Below, in pieces: positions 1 to 13,380 of a DNA stretch of 64,000 nucleotides (position 1 is its first letter; each line of letters starts with the position of its first letter). The stretch is from assembly GCA_965287045.1 (NCBI GenBank), contig OZ336895.1, positions 15,624,001 through 15,688,000 on the forward strand. Reading direction: 5' to 3'. This DNA is from Carcharhinus amblyrhynchos (lineage: Eukaryota). Under the pieces are notes generated by a model. It saw only the letters and a program-made list of their open reading frames with translations, had not been told where the DNA came from and ran no database searches. The position numbers and the translations under genes are program-made.

Positions 1-465
1 AATACACTCGATTATTTGGTATATGCGTTGAAGTGGAGGCGAAATGAAATAGCCAACATTGTGAGAATAATGCAGATCGGAAATTAAGGCAAAGCGCAAT
101 CAAATATATAAATGATACAAACTTCTAATCAAATTGCCAGCAGCTGCCAGCAAAAGATATCCCTTGTGTCTTGGTGTTGTGCAAGGTGTTACATAAATGT
201 AAGTTATTATTAGAACATAAGAACTAGGAGCTGGAAGTGGGTAATTCAACCCCTCGAGCCTCTCTGCCATTTAATACAATCTCATCTTGACTTTAACTCC
301 ACTTACCTGCCTGCCTTTTAAACCCTCACTAATCAAAAAATCAGTCCACCTCTCCCTTAAAATTACTCAAGTGTTTTATTGTTCAAATGAAGGTGGAAAA
401 ACAAGTAAAAACCAAGGTTTCACAGTTGAGAGTACAGCTTGTGACATAGATTTTACCTTTATAAA

Positions 466-773
466 GCAATAGACTCCCTACAATGCAGAAGGAAGCCACT
501 TGGCTCATCGAGCCTGCACTGACAACAATCCCCCCCAGGTCCTATCCCCACAACCGTGCTCATCTCCCTGTCACTAAGGGGCAATTTAGCCTGGTCAATC
601 CACCTAACCTGCACATCTTTGGAGTGTGGGAGGAAACCGGAACACCCGAAGGAAACCCACACAAACACAGGGAGAACGTACAAACTCCACACAGATGGAC
701 ACCTGAGGCTGGAATTGGACCCAGGTCCATGGCACTGAGGCAGCAGTGCTAGCCACTGTGCCATGGTGCTGCC
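466..773 (-). mobile_element. HE1-type (V-SINE) tRNA-derived SINE
   Basis: The reverse complement shows the head GGCACAGTGGCTAGCACTGCTGCCTCA, the V-domain GGGTTTCCTTCGGGTGTTCCGGTTTCCTCCCACA and a CR1-like tail. There are about 30 copies or fragments in the window. Confidence 0.9.
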
Positions 774-2129
774 AAGTAATTCAAAAGTATTCAGGAAGAC
801 AAATTTGGTGCAAAGAAACTCTGCCCTTTATAGGAATTGAATGTATACCAGCACATCAAACCTACAATTTTATAAATCACCATTTTACTTTGGACATGTT
901 TCCATAATCCCACCGTTTTGGTGAAAACCCTTTTCAATCAATTCAGCTTTGAGAGAAAATACAGTTTTGTTATTCACCAGGATGTCTCATGGCACGGAAT
1001 ATATGTGAACAGTCAGTTCCTCCTCTGCATTCAGCAGTGCTTCTCCAGTACAAAGGCATCATCACTGGTTTTGGGATGAAATTAGGTAAAATAATTCAAT
1101 CCACTACATCTGGAAAGACCCAGTTGAACTGCCATCATCAATCTGATTCATACTTACATATGCATCACTTGGTGGAAAGGAACGCATTGAGCTGCGATTC
1201 AGAACCCTGCAACAGATGCAGCTCAATGAGGGTGACCTATTTCATCGTAAACTGACATCCGCATCCACTCCATTGACATGACAGGTGTTCAGAGAAGGAC
1301 AATGAATGACATTTACGCCAACATGTCCCTAATGAAGGAAAACTGGAAAGGAGACACGTTTTGACATTTTGGAGTGTGATGACGAGAATATTACTCATTG
1401 AAATTAGATTTTCTTTCCTTGGCTAATCTATAAAACCTCCTCTGGATTCTTGCAACAATTTACTTAAAGACTGCGGAGGAAGTCTTCTGTCACGTCATCT
1501 GTACTATTAGAAACTTTGCAGTGAGACTAATGAGTGGTTAAAATGCTTTGGCTACATTTGCAGTTTTATAGAGAGTAGAGAGTGTCGAATTATATTCTCA
1601 CTAAATAAATGTTCCTTGCACTGGCAATTCAATTTGCAATTCTGATTCATTAATAGAGCCCACTGTGTTCTCTCAACGTTAGCCGTTTCATCTTTCGTCC
1701 TCTCCAACATACATCCCAAATAATCTGCTGTTTACGTATCTGCACGAAGATAAACAAAAATACATGTACAGATAGATATACAAACACATATAGCTACATG
1801 TACACACATCAACTTCCTTCAGCTGAACAAGCCCACAGTCTCTTTGCAGTCCATCAGCCAAGGTAACATCCGTGTTCAGTTTACCACAAACCTGCACCAT
1901 TTTGGGAGCTCAGGAAAAAAGATGGCAGACCTCCTTCTCAAACCCCAACCAGAAGAAGCTCAGCTTCATTGTCTGGAACCTTGACTCTAAAACCAACTAC
2001 CAGCTTGGTATGATGTGGTTTCTCTGTGGTCCGTGCTAAAGGCCCTTTATATTATGCTGTTTGAAGATAGACATGTAAGAGTTTCATTCATTGATCATCT
2101 GCCAAGATTAACTTTCTCTACCTTACATG

Positions 2130-2460
2130 CACAACCCCTTATTTTTAAACGGCGACCCTTAATTCTAGATTCTCCCACAAAACATCCTTTCAACATCTAA
2201 CCCGTCAAGACATCTTTTAATCAAGTCACCTCTTTTAAACTCCAGCAGGTACAAACCTAGCCTGTCCACCCTTTCCTTACAAGACAATCCGCCCACCCCA
2301 GGTATTAGTCTCATAAACCTTCTCCAAACTACATCAAACACATTTACATCCTTCCTTAAATATAAGGAGACCAATACTGTGCACGGTACTCCAGAAATTG
2401 TCTCACCAATGCCCACTAACACTGGAGCATAACTCTATAATTTTGCATTTGATTTCCCTT
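2130..2460 (-). mobile_element. CR1 LINE 3' ORF2 fragment
   Basis: ORF 2165-2422(-) contains RRFMRLIPG...RLGLYLLEFKRGDLI, the CR1 RT C-terminal motif. Confidence 0.85.
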
Positions 2461-2775
2461 GGTAGGGTAGATATGAAAGGGATGTTTCCCCTTGTGAGAG
2501 AATCTAGAACTAGGGGGTCACTATTCAAATAGAAAGGGTTGCCCATTTGGGACAGAGATGGGAAGAAATATTTTCTCTCAGAGAGTTGTGAATCTTTGGA
2601 AGTCTCCTCCTCAAAAGGCAGTGGAAGCAGAGCCTTTGAACATTTTTAAGGCTGAGATAGATAGATTGTTGACAAGTAAATGGTTGAAAGGTTCTTGGGG
2701 GAAATAGTTGAGGTTGCAATCAGATTGGCCATGACCTGATTGAATGGGCCAAGTGACCTACTGAAACTTTCAATT
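2461..2775 (+). mobile_element. CR1 LINE 3' end
   Basis: GAATCTAGAACTAGGGGGTCA...GAGAGTTGTGAATCTTTGG...GGCTGAGATAGATAGA matches the other CR1 3' ends in the window. Confidence 0.8.
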
Positions 2776-3284
2776 AATATGACCACAAGTCAAAGACCAT
2801 CCTAAATTGGAAGTATGTCACCATTCTTCCACTGCCATTGGATCAAATACCTACGACTTCTAACAGTGGGTGTCCCACATGGACTGAGATGGTTCAAGTC
2901 AGCTTGCCAGGTTCTTTTCAAGGGAAGCTGTAGGCAATAAATACTGATCTTGCCAGTAACACTCACAGGCCAGAAACAAATCAAAAGGATCCTCTGGAAT
3001 GTGACTAAAATGACCATTCTTAGCTGAGAAAATGTCAGCTGATATATCCTATCACATCTTCTGCCTGAAGAAATATTCTTATGGTATTAACCAACAAATA
3101 GCTTTCTCCACATCACCCCGCCCCCACCCCACCAAGCCCATACCATTCCACCTTTTAGACCCTTGAAAATCAAAGAATATTAAACCAAAGCAAGAGAATA
3201 CATTGAAATATAATTGCTGCGACGTGTACACTTCCAACAGGGAGCCTTGTGTTCCTGTGTGTCTAGTGTTTAATTAAGTTTGTT

Positions 3285-3570
3285 TCATTTATTTGTGTCA
3301 CAAGTAGGCTGACATTATCAATGCGCTGAAGTTACTGTGAAAATCCCCTAGTCGTCACACTCGGACGTCTGTTTGGCTACACTGAGGGAGAATTTTAGCA
3401 TGACCAGTGAACCTAACTGACAAGTTTTTTTCGAAGTGTGGGAGGAAATGGGGAGGAAATGCCGACATAGAGAGAATGCACAGACTTCGCACAGACAGTG
3501 ATCCAAGTTGGGAATTGGACCTGGGTCCCAGGTAATGAGGCAACAGTGCTAATCATTGTGCCACCATGCC
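3285..3570 (-). mobile_element. HE1-related SINE, alternative-tail subfamily
   Basis: It has the same head and V-domain as HE1, with the tail TAGGGGATTTTCACAGTAACTTCA...CTACTTGTGACAC-AATAAA shared with copies at 20125, 23595, 26075, 32927, 50450 and 58610. Confidence 0.85.
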
Positions 3571-4265
3571 AGTTAATGCTCATGCAATCCAACAATATCC
3601 ATTCATAGTTCATATCGGCTACATAGCACGTAAACACAGCTGGCTAGTATGAGTCACTGTATCTTAGAGGGAGGAAAGATACATTTCCAACTGGAAGCGA
3701 AAACAAGGTTCCAGTTTATTAAATAACCTCATGGATTTGTTTTCCCATCATGTTGAAGTCTAACACTCAAAGATCAACTGAACCTAATGCCGAATAAATC
3801 AAATGATTTTATATTTGATGACTAAAATATGTTATTTTGACCAGGAGATATGTTTAAGAAGCCTAATTGCCTTTGTGAGAAATGCTCGTTCTTGTTAATT
3901 ATTTAATTTCCTTCTTTTTAATGGAACTCTGGAATGAATAATCAGTGGGTTGTGTGGGGAAAATTGAGCAAATTGCTTGTTTTAAGCTGCAGTTTAAATA
4001 AACCCTGACCCCTGACAAATTCTGACTGTAGTATGATATTATTTGGTAACCCAGTCACATATTGTGAGGACTCTGCTGTGCTGCTCTCTAAAGTGTTTGT
4101 TCTACATCACAAAGTGCTCTGAAATAAATCATATTTTTTCTCCCTGTGTTTATACGACCTACTTTTCCTTAAGTATTGGGTTACATTTATGATTAGCAAA
4201 GGCTGTTCTCTCCTAAAAATACTGGTTGAGAAAATTCAACCTCCATTCTAAATGGACGCATCATA

Positions 4266-4575
4266 TGGCGGCATGTTAGTTAGCACCGCTGCCTCACAGC
4301 ATCAGGGACCCAGGTTCAATTCCAACCTTGGGTGGCTGTCTGTGTGGAGTTTGCACGTTCTGCTTGGATTTCCTCCCACTTTCCAAAGATGTGCAAGTTA
4401 GTTGGATTAGCCATGCTAAATTGCCCCTAAGTGTCCCAACGTGTGTAGGTTAAGAGGATTAGTGGGGTAAATACATGTGTTTATGGTGATAGGACCTAGG
4501 TAGGTTGCTCCGTTGGAGAGTCAATGCAGACTTGATGGGCCAAATGGGCTCCATCAGTATTGTAGCAATTCTATG
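4266..4575 (+). mobile_element. HE1-type SINE
   Basis: Head GTTAGCACCGCTGCCTCACAGC, B-box GGTTCAATTCC and CR1-derived tail. Confidence 0.9.
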
Positions 4576-6304
4576 AATGTTGGAGTGTGGGGAGCTGCTA
4601 CGATTGCCAGATTATGTCAACATGAGACCAGAATCAAATTTGGGTTCAAGCATCATTTATATGGCCTTGAAGAGGCTGTGGTCATTAAGTAGGCCCCTCA
4701 CCCCAGCTTACCCCCACCTCGCTGGTTTTCAAGAGGGCAAGACACTGGACTGAATCACAATAGTGTGCTGACGAGCAGTTCAGGTTTTTGGGTAATTGGG
4801 ATTGCACTGAGCCTGCCCATTTGTACCTGAATTTTAAAAATGGGGATTCTACCCTGTGCCTGATTTGATTGTGTGTGGGCTGTTCCCTGAATGGCGGACC
4901 TGAACTCTTCCCATCAGCCTCAAAGCTGAGGCTAGGTTAGGTGGTGCAGTCGAATTTTGTCCATTGTTTGTGGGAGTTGCCTGCGTGCAAAGCTAGCTGC
5001 CATGTTTCCTACGATATAGGAGTGACTACCGTTGAACAATGACTTCATTTGGCTTAGAGCATTTTGGGATGTCCAGTAGTTGTGAAAAATGTGTGAAAAT
5101 GCAAGCCTTGCCTTATATTAATGCTAACGCTTTCCTCTAACATTGGTGAACGGAGGACAATATCACTGATAGAGATGGAGCAGCTGTTATACAGTTGAGA
5201 TAGCAAAGATTAACCTGATTGGGTCTTCATCTTTAGATCCAGCTATTTGTGTCAGTCGGTAATGAGTTCACTCGGCAGCCATTGGCACGGGTGGCCCAGG
5301 AAATTTGGAGAGGGGCCAAATGTCCCTTGACTTTTGAAGGGAATTTCTTGTCCCAGCAGTGTTAGGATTGGAAAATCCTACCCCTGCAACGAAACTTCTG
5401 TTCTCCGCAGAGGTGACTCAAGGATGCCAACAGTAGTCAGCCTGGCATCAAACTACCTTGTAGACATCTGGTTGTAGTGAGTAAGTGGCCTAGGAATGAA
5501 GGTGACAGAAAATCAATTGCTTTACCCCAAGATCAGGCTGCATTTTATGTGCCTCTTCTGGGTGTGTTTTTTGCAGGGGTACATGTAAACAAGTGTGGGT
5601 GGTCACGTGTACTCAATCCACCACCTCTCCATCCATGCCCCATCACTCCCCCTAATTAACTAACCCCAATAATATGCTGCCCCTATCACATAAGTTTTAC
5701 AATTGGGAAAAAGTAGGCAGCCTGATTTAAACTACATCTTGAAAGGGCAGGTAGGAATAGGGGCAGGGGGCAGTGTCTGGGATAGTTTCTATCTTTTGGG
5801 TTTTCCCTTTGTGGATCAGGGCTGCCTCCCCCCTCCCCTGCAACCACAAGATAGAATACACCCCCATTTCTTCCCGTCCACCTGCTTCTTTTAACCTAAC
5901 ACCCACATTCTCCCGCTTCCCCACCGCACATCCCCCACCTCCCTAACCTGCCAACCCTCTTCCCACAAGACCCCAAATGTACCTGTCGTTGGGATTCATT
6001 GGAACTTCTTCTTCCTGGCTGCAATCCCAGCAATGCCCGCTAACACACTCTGAACATTGCTGGGACCGATGGAGCTTCTGGCCAATTGAATTGGCACGGC
6101 AGTTCCCCGGGGTGGGACTTCACCTGCGGTGAAGGTTGGAAGTCGCACATTGGCCCTGTTAAGCCCATGCGCAGGGCTTTCTGGCTGCAGGGTGGGGTAG
6201 TGAGGGTCCCCCTACCCCTTCCCCTGTGTAATATTCATCTTTTATTGGGCTCCCATATTTGCACATCATACCACATGCATCATCATAAGAATTTAGAGTT
6301 ATTT

Positions 6305-6660
6305 TTGTTCATGAGACAAGGACATCAGTGGCTGGCCAGCATTTATTGCCCATCCCTAGTTGCCCTTGTTCAGAGGGCAGTTGAGAGTCAACCACATTGC
6401 TGTGGCTCTAGAGTCACATGTAGGCAGATCAGTAACGCCAACAGATTTCCTTCCCTAAAGGATATTAATGGACCAGATGGGTTTTTCCAACAATCGACCA
6501 TGGTTTCATGGTCACCAGTAGATTCTTAATTCCAGATTTTTTTTATTGAATTCAAATTCCACTATCTGCCGTGGCAGGATTTGAACCCGGGTCCCCAGAA
6601 CATTAGCTGAGTTTGTGGATTAATGGTCTAGCAGTAATACAACTGTGCCACTGTCTCTCT
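6305..6660 (-). mobile_element. Second tRNA-derived SINE family (3' end shared with the LINE at 43160)
   Basis: It is the reverse complement of the copies at 15368 and 23930, with tail CTAGGGATGGGCAATAAATGCTGGCC. Confidence 0.85.
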
Positions 6661-6664
6661 AGAC

Positions 6665-6978
6665 ATCATAGAATCTCTACAGTTCAGAAGGAAGCCATTT
6701 GGCCCATCGAGACTGCAACAACCGCAATCCCACCCAGGCCTTATCCCCTTAATTCCACTTATTCACCCTCCCAGTCACCCTGACATTAAGGGGCAATTTT
6801 CTATGGCCAATCAATTGCATCTTTGGACTGGGGGAGGAAACCGGAGCACCGGGAGGAAACCCACACAGACACGGGGGGAATGTGCAAACTCCATACAGAC
6901 AGTGACCTGCGGCCAGAATTGAGCCTAGGTCCCTGGACACTGTGAGGCCGCAGTGCTAACCATTGCGCCACTGTGCCA
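6665..6978 (-). mobile_element. HE1-type SINE
   Basis: Full head, V-domain and tail on the minus strand. Confidence 0.9.
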
Positions 6979-8206
6979 CGTAGCTTCCTTTGGCCACCCT
7001 GGACTCAAACTCTCCGTGGAAGGTTTGCTTTGGTGAGTGTCAGACATTCTGGCTACCATGGCCAGCCCAACTCAGTTGTACTTTCTTGATGTGATGAGGG
7101 GGGTTTGGCCCATCAGCTGGAGTGAGCACCACAGTGTCGGCTATTTTGGCCTACCATCTAATCTTCAGGGAGAAAATGCAAGGTGAGAAAATCCTGAGTT
7201 GGCAACTCACCCAAAACTCGATTGTCTGTGATCCTTTCCTATTTGTAGCAGTATTTCCCGGGTGCAGATTGGCATTAACGTCACCTACAGATCCACTGGA
7301 ATCTTGCCAAATGAGGGGTTGGTCACTTTCCCCTGGGAGGATGAACAATGGTCAGCATTGTGAATTATTATGCAAACAAAATAAAACGTGATAAGATGAG
7401 TGTTTTTTTTAATCACACAAGGAAATAATCTACTCCCCCCCCCCCCCCACCAAAAACCAACAACCCACACATTCCCCCCTTTCGCCTCCACCGCTTGTAT
7501 ATTATTCAACTTGGCTTAAACTGAGATATTCATAAAGGTCAAACAGTAGACATCTGAAACCGCTGAACATATGGAGCAATGTGAGTCAGTTAACATTTTC
7601 AATAGAACAGAATAGCTGTTATTTCACATACTTCCTTTGCATCTATTCTTGACTTGGAAATATATTGCCGTTCCTTCGCAGTCGCTGGGTCAAAATCCTA
7701 GAACTCCCTCCCGAACGGCATTGTGTCAACCCACAGAACATGGGCTGCAGCGATTCAAGACTGTCCTCTAAAGGGCAACTAAGGATGGACAGTAAATGCT
7801 GGTCAGTCAGCGATGTCCATGTCCCACAAATAAATAATAAAAAAGATTTTGCTGTAATAAGAGGTATTCTCATTAAAATGATATGAGTTGCAATGTCACT
7901 GACTGGACACTGGTAGCCAGTGCACCAAAGAAAGAAAGGATCGGTGAGTTGCTTTTGTGCTTGATGTCTTTCAAATCCCTTGTGCCATTTCAAGCAGGTT
8001 AACTGTGATACAACGGCAACTCTGTGATAACCCAGCACTAAACTCCAGGATGAGAGTTCTTTGAAGTCGTGGTGATCTATTCTCAGTGATAATACAATGG
8101 GGAATATGACTCAAGGATCTTGATCATCCACAAATCAAACCACAGAAGTTGAAGCCCAGTTGTTTATTGAGCAAGATGGGCCACTGTCCTGAAGTCTTAC
8201 TGACTT

Positions 8207-9600
8207 AATAGAATCATAGAATCTTTGGCACGGAGAGAAGCCTTTCAGCCCAAACTGGTCCATGTCAACCAAAATGGCCATCTAAGCTAACCCCATTTCC
8301 CTGCATTTGGCCCATATCCCTTTCCGCCTTTCCTATCCATGTACCTGTCCAATGCCTTTTAAATGTTCCTGCCTCAACCACTTCCTCTAACAACTCATTC
8401 CACATACGTATCACCGTCTGTGTAAAAAAGTTGTTCCTCACATTCCCAATAATTCTTTTCCCTCTTAACTTAAATCTATGTCCTCTATTTCTCGATTCCC
8501 CAAACTGGGAAAAAGAATGCGTGCATTCACCCTATCCATGCCTCTCATGATCTTATACACCTCTATAAGATCACCTCAACAGTCTCCCATGCTCCAAAGA
8601 AAAAAGTCCTAGCCTGCATTATCTTCCTATAACTCAATCCCTTCAATCCTGGCAACATCCTTGTAAATTTCTTCTGTAATCTCTCCAGTTTAATAACATC
8701 ATTCCTGTTTTGTCATTAATGGTTCCCTACTCCTGCCAGCCTTGCCCTTCACTTTAACAGGAACATATAGGCCCTGAACTCTAGCTATGCCGCTTTTAAA
8801 GGCCTCCTACTTGCCGGAGATCCCTTTGCCCTCAAACAAGCTACTCCAATCAACACTTGCAAGCTCCTGTCTAATTCCTCAAAACTTGCCTTGCCCCAAT
8901 TTAGAAGTTTCCACTGCGGTCCAGTTTTGCTCCTCTCCATGACTATTTTAAAATTAATAGAACTATGGTCATTGGTCTCAAAGTGGTCCCCCATCATCAC
9001 CTCAGTCACTTACTCTACCCTATTTCTCAAGAGTAGGCCAAATGTTGCCCTTTCCTGAGTAGGACCCTCCACATGCCTGAGGAAACTTTCCTGAACACAC
9101 TAAACAACTTGCATCCCATCTAAGCCCTTGACACTACGGTTATCCCACCCTCTTTTGGGAAAATTAAAATCTACTATGACAACCCGATGACTCCTGCAAG
9201 TCTCTCCAATCTCTTTGCATATTTGTTCTTCTAATGGTTATTTGGGGGCCTAGAGTACAACCCCAGTAAGGTCACCATCCCCTTATTTCTTGGTTCCACC
9301 CTTGCTGGATGATCCTTTGATTATTTAATCTCTGATTACTGCCATGATGCCCCCCTTAATCAAGAATGCAACCCCCCCCCCCCCCCCTCTCTTTCCTGCA
9401 CCTCTGTCCTGCCTAAAGCAGTTGTACCCTGGAACGCTAAGCTGCTAGTTCTGTCCTTCCCTTTGCCATGTTTCAGTTACAGCTATGATACCACAGTCCA
9501 ATGTACCTATCCGTGCCCTGAGTTCATCAGCCCTCTTACATTGAAATAGATGCAATTTAATCCAACAGGTTTTCCCCACTCCCTGCTGTGGTCCTGTCTA
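8207..9600 (-). mobile_element. Degenerate, internally deleted CR1 LINE
   Basis: The tail lies at about 8207. ORF 8785-9009(-) (GDHFETNDHSSINFKI...LLNWGKASFE) resembles the end of the CR1 endonuclease domain and the linker. Confidence 0.8.
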
Positions 9601-9944
9601 TCATGTCTATTCATACTTCCAAGAAATATTTTTAGGAAATCATTATTTTCTTGCCTGGCTAGCGAAACATATTTTGTGAGATACTACTCACTGTTCTCAA
9701 ATTAATTAATTCTTATCTCACCCAGAGGGATGTCTTACCACAGGATGTGCAACGGAAATGTTTTGCGATTTCTGCATGGGGAAAGTTAGACTAAAGCCTT
9801 CAGTACACAGATTTACCCAGTAAATACAGGTTGAGAATCATTAATCCGAAACCCTCAGGGCTGACTGTAATTTAGACTCTTGGATGTTGCATTCCAATAG
9901 TAAAAGTCTAGGCTAGCTGTAGCCTAAAGTGAATGGATTAAAAT

Positions 9945-10238
9945 CACTTCAGTGCAAGAGGAGGCCACTTGGCCCATCGAGCCTGCACTGACAACAATCC
10001 CACCCAGGCTCTATCCCCGTAACCCCACATATTTACCATGCTAGTCCCCCTGACAATAAGGGAAAACTTAGCATGGCCAATCAACCTAACCCGCACATCT
10101 TTAGACTGTGAGAAGAAACCGGAGCACCCAGAGGAAACCCACGCAGACAAGTGAGAATGTGCAAACTCCGCACAGACATCCAAGGCTAGAATTGAACCTG
10201 GGTCTCTGGTGCTAACCACTGTGCCACCATGCCACCCC
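9945..10238 (-). mobile_element. HE1-type SINE
   Basis: V-domain and tail on the minus strand. Confidence 0.9.
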
Positions 10239-10294
10239 AATGGCTATATGTCCCCCTTTTTCATTGACCTATGACATCTGGCAGCCCCACCCAA

Positions 10295-10451
10295 TGCCAC
10301 TGGCCAAACACAGCTGGGGGCCCCAGTGCCACTGGCCAATCACAGCCGGGGACTGCAGTGCGAGTTGTCAATCACAGCTGGGGCCCCAGTGCCACAGCCA
10401 ATCACAGCTGGTGACCCCATTGCCACTGGCCAATCACAGCTGGGGACCCAG
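10295..10451 (+). repeat. Minisatellite, 5 x 31-32 bp (TGCCACTGGCCAATCACAGCTGGGGACCCAG)
   Basis: Units start at 10295, 10327, 10359, 10390 and 10421. Confidence 0.95.
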
Positions 10452-11224
10452 CTGAATAATAAACGCAAGGCACTTGGACGAAGTTTCTTTTTGACATTTT
10501 CACCAGAAAACAAACCAGACAAACAACTTGATTTCCTGTGCTAAAGGTCAGTGAGATTAAAAGAAAAGTTTCTTTTAGAAATGTTCAGTTTTCAGATTTA
10601 TGGATTAACAATACTCTGAATCATGAGAACATTTTAAATAATATATGACAAAAGGCCCTACTTCAGTGGTTCCACATTCAGACATCTCATTGTTTTGCTG
10701 CAGGGATTGACCCAAATGCACTTGCGGAGTTTTCCTGTTAATTGAACTTTTTTCCTTTACTGGAAGTTATGTTTACAAGCTTTGCTGCAGATGCGAGGCC
10801 AAGTTCGAGTCTAAGCCTCTACCAATGTAGGCCACAGACACTGTTCCTGGAACAATCACCCATGGGTCACAAAGAGGTGATCAAAGTCAATATGTTCCTC
10901 ACATTGAATGTTGTGGTTTAGTACTTTTTCCTCTCAAAACTTATGCAATATTTAATCAGAGCATTTACGCAACTGAAAAGCTGCAGGTGTTTCATATGTT
11001 ACAGCAGTCTACTTAGATTCTCACTAATTATTCCATCTTTTCTTTTATATTTCAAAATTCTTCTTCTTAGTGTACTTATTGTGCGTATATGTGTGTGTCT
11101 GTGTGGATGGATGGAGAAGCTCAAAAGTCACTACTCCACGATGTGACTCAACTAATTGAAGTCAAATTTAAAATGGGATTGTGTGGGGTGATTTTAACCT
11201 AGCCTGTCTGATGGAAAACTGACA

Positions 11225-11805
11225 GCTCTGCCCAAGACCACAAGAAACTACAAAGGGTTGTGAACGTGGCCCAGTCCATCAGACAAACCAGCCTCCCTTC
11301 TATTGACTCTGTCTACACTTCCCGCTGCCTTGGAAAAGCAGCCAGCGCAATCAAGGACCCCATGCACTCAGGACCAGAGGGCAGGATTTTCCATGAACAA
11401 GCGCCACAAAGTCGGAAATTCCTGGCTGAGCTCAACGGACCTTTGCATGGTCTGTGTCCCGCCTGCTATGATTCCCAATGGTGGGTAGAATGGGAAAATT
11501 CCACCTATATTCTCTTTCACCTGCTTCCATTGGGAAAAAGATACAAAAGCCTGAGGACACGTACCAGCCGACTCAAGGACAGCTTCTTCCCTGCTGCCAC
11601 CAGACTTTTGAATGGACCTACCTCATATTAAGTTGATCCTTTTCTACACTGTGGCTATGATTATGATTCTGTATTCTGCATCCCCTCCTTCTCCCCTATG
11701 TACTCGATGAAGGGTATGCTTTGTCTGTATAGCATTCAAGAAATAATATTTTTCACTGTAGTCCAATACATGTGGCAATAATAAAGCAAATCAAATCAAA
11801 TCAAA
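11225..11805 (+). mobile_element. Rex1/Babar-like LINE 3' end with nested MITE (about 11378-11505)
   Basis: ORF VAQSIRQTSLPSIDSVYTSRCLGKAAS...RTRTSRLKDSFFPAATRLLN and an (AAATC)n tail. Confidence 0.8.
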
Positions 11806-12059
11806 AACCTATGGCGGAGATTCTCTGGCCCCCCTGTGATGTGTTTTTTGGTGGCGAAAGATGGCATGTCATTGGCTGGTGGTGGGATCCTGTGGTTCTG
11901 CCATCCCACGCTGCTGGGAAACTTGACATGGGGGCAAGTCGTGGGAGGGACTGGAAGATCCTGCCAGTGTGAAGAGCTGGAAGATTTTGACCTGTGTGTT
12001 TGATATGCAGTCACGTCACTTCATTGTCTTCAATGGGAGGTCTCCTGGTGCAATGGTGG

Positions 12060-12570
12060 AAACATAGAAACATAGAAGATAGGCCCTTTGAGCCTGCTCC
12101 ACCATTCATCACAATCATGGCTGATCATCCAGCCCAATATCCTAATCCTGCTTTTCCCTGTAACCTTTGACCCATTTGCCCCAAGTGCTATATCTAGCTG
12201 CCTCTTGAATGCATTCAACGTTTTGGCATCAACTGCTTCCTGTGATAATGAATTCCACAGGCTCACCATTCTTTGGGTGAAGCAATGTTTCCTCACCTTC
12301 ATCCTAAATGGTCCACCCCGTATCCTCAGACTGTGGCTTCTGGTTCTGGATTCCCTGACCATTAGGAATACCCTCCCTGCATCTACCCTGTCAAGTCCTG
12401 TTAGAAGTTTATAAATCTCTATGAGATCCCCCATCATTAGTCTGAAGTCCAGTGCAAACAATCTGAACCTAGTCAATCTCTCCTCATACATCAGTCCCAC
12501 CATTCCTGGAATCAGCCTGGTAAACCTTCGCCGCACTCCCTTGAGAGCAAGAACATCCTTCTCAGAAAAG
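12060..12570 (-). mobile_element. CR1 LINE 3' end
   Basis: ORF 12030-12536(-) RRRFTRLIPG...GDLIEIYK...FTQRMVSLWNSL and a (TTTCTATG) tail. Confidence 0.92.
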
Positions 12571-13044
12571 GAAATGTCCCTACCACTTGGCCAGAAGCTC
12601 TGGGTTTAAATCCAATGCCAGGACTTGTTGGCCACAGATGGAGGGTTCATAATAGGGTTCGAGTCTTATAATCACTTGGGAATCCTTCCATCATTTCTCC
12701 ACTGTACCTCAAAGGGTGAAAGATAATGTGAATGTGAGGAGACGCCTAAAATAAATTGACGTAAATGGACAAGGTATAAAATGTCAACTACTTCATTTCT
12801 CATGGCACTGACTTCTGAACACTGTGAGTAACATGTCAATCTGTGACAGAATTTTATAAATTATGGAATGAGAAATGACTATTCCACCCATCTTTAATGA
12901 CTCACATACAAATTAAACACCACAGTCTGCGGATCATCTTATTTCCTGTTCTGAATGAACCGATGCTCACTTGACAATAACTTGAGCAGAAGATCATAAA
13001 ATGACTACATTTTACCAAGCCTTGAGTGCAATTAGGGAGGCCTG

Positions 13045-13380
13045 GCTGGCATAGTGGTTAGCACTGCTACCTCACAACACCAAGGACACCAAGTTCAAAT
13101 CCAGCCACAGGTGACCCTCTGTTAGATTCTCCTGATGTCTGTGTGGGTTTCCTCCAGGTACTCCAATTTCCTCCCACTGTCCAAAGATGTGCAGGTTAGG
13201 TGTATTATCCATGTTCAATTTGCCTTTTGTGTCCCAAGATAGGCAGGTTAGGGGGATTAGCAGGGTAAATACGTTGGGTCCTGGGCGTAGGGCCCGGCTG
13301 GGATTCTCTGTCAAAGAGTCGGTGTAGGCCTGATGGGCCAAATACCCTCCTTTGTACTAATTGGATTCTGTGTTTCTATG
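13045..13380 (+). mobile_element. HE1-type SINE
   Basis: Head, V-domain and tail all present. Confidence 0.9.

Larger units (their letters stand above)
9827..10619. mobile_element. Old TcMar-Tigger-like (Tigger4/Zombi-type TIR) non-autonomous element
   Basis: The left end is TA|CAGGTTGAGAATCATTAATCCGAAA and the degenerate right end is TTTCAGATTTATGGATTAACAATACTC. It is interrupted by an HE1 SINE. Confidence 0.55.

Noticed and set aside
459-764. Recurrent short ORFs of the MAQWLALLP.../SVWSLHVLP.../NPPNLHIFG... type
   Set aside because: They are translations of HE1 SINE copies, not genes.
1850-2007. Possible + exon ending ...LSFIVWNLDSKTNYQL|gt with a fibronectin type III-like look
   Set aside because: Only a short motif resemblance. 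The N-terminal half lacks FN3 features and there are no partner exons.
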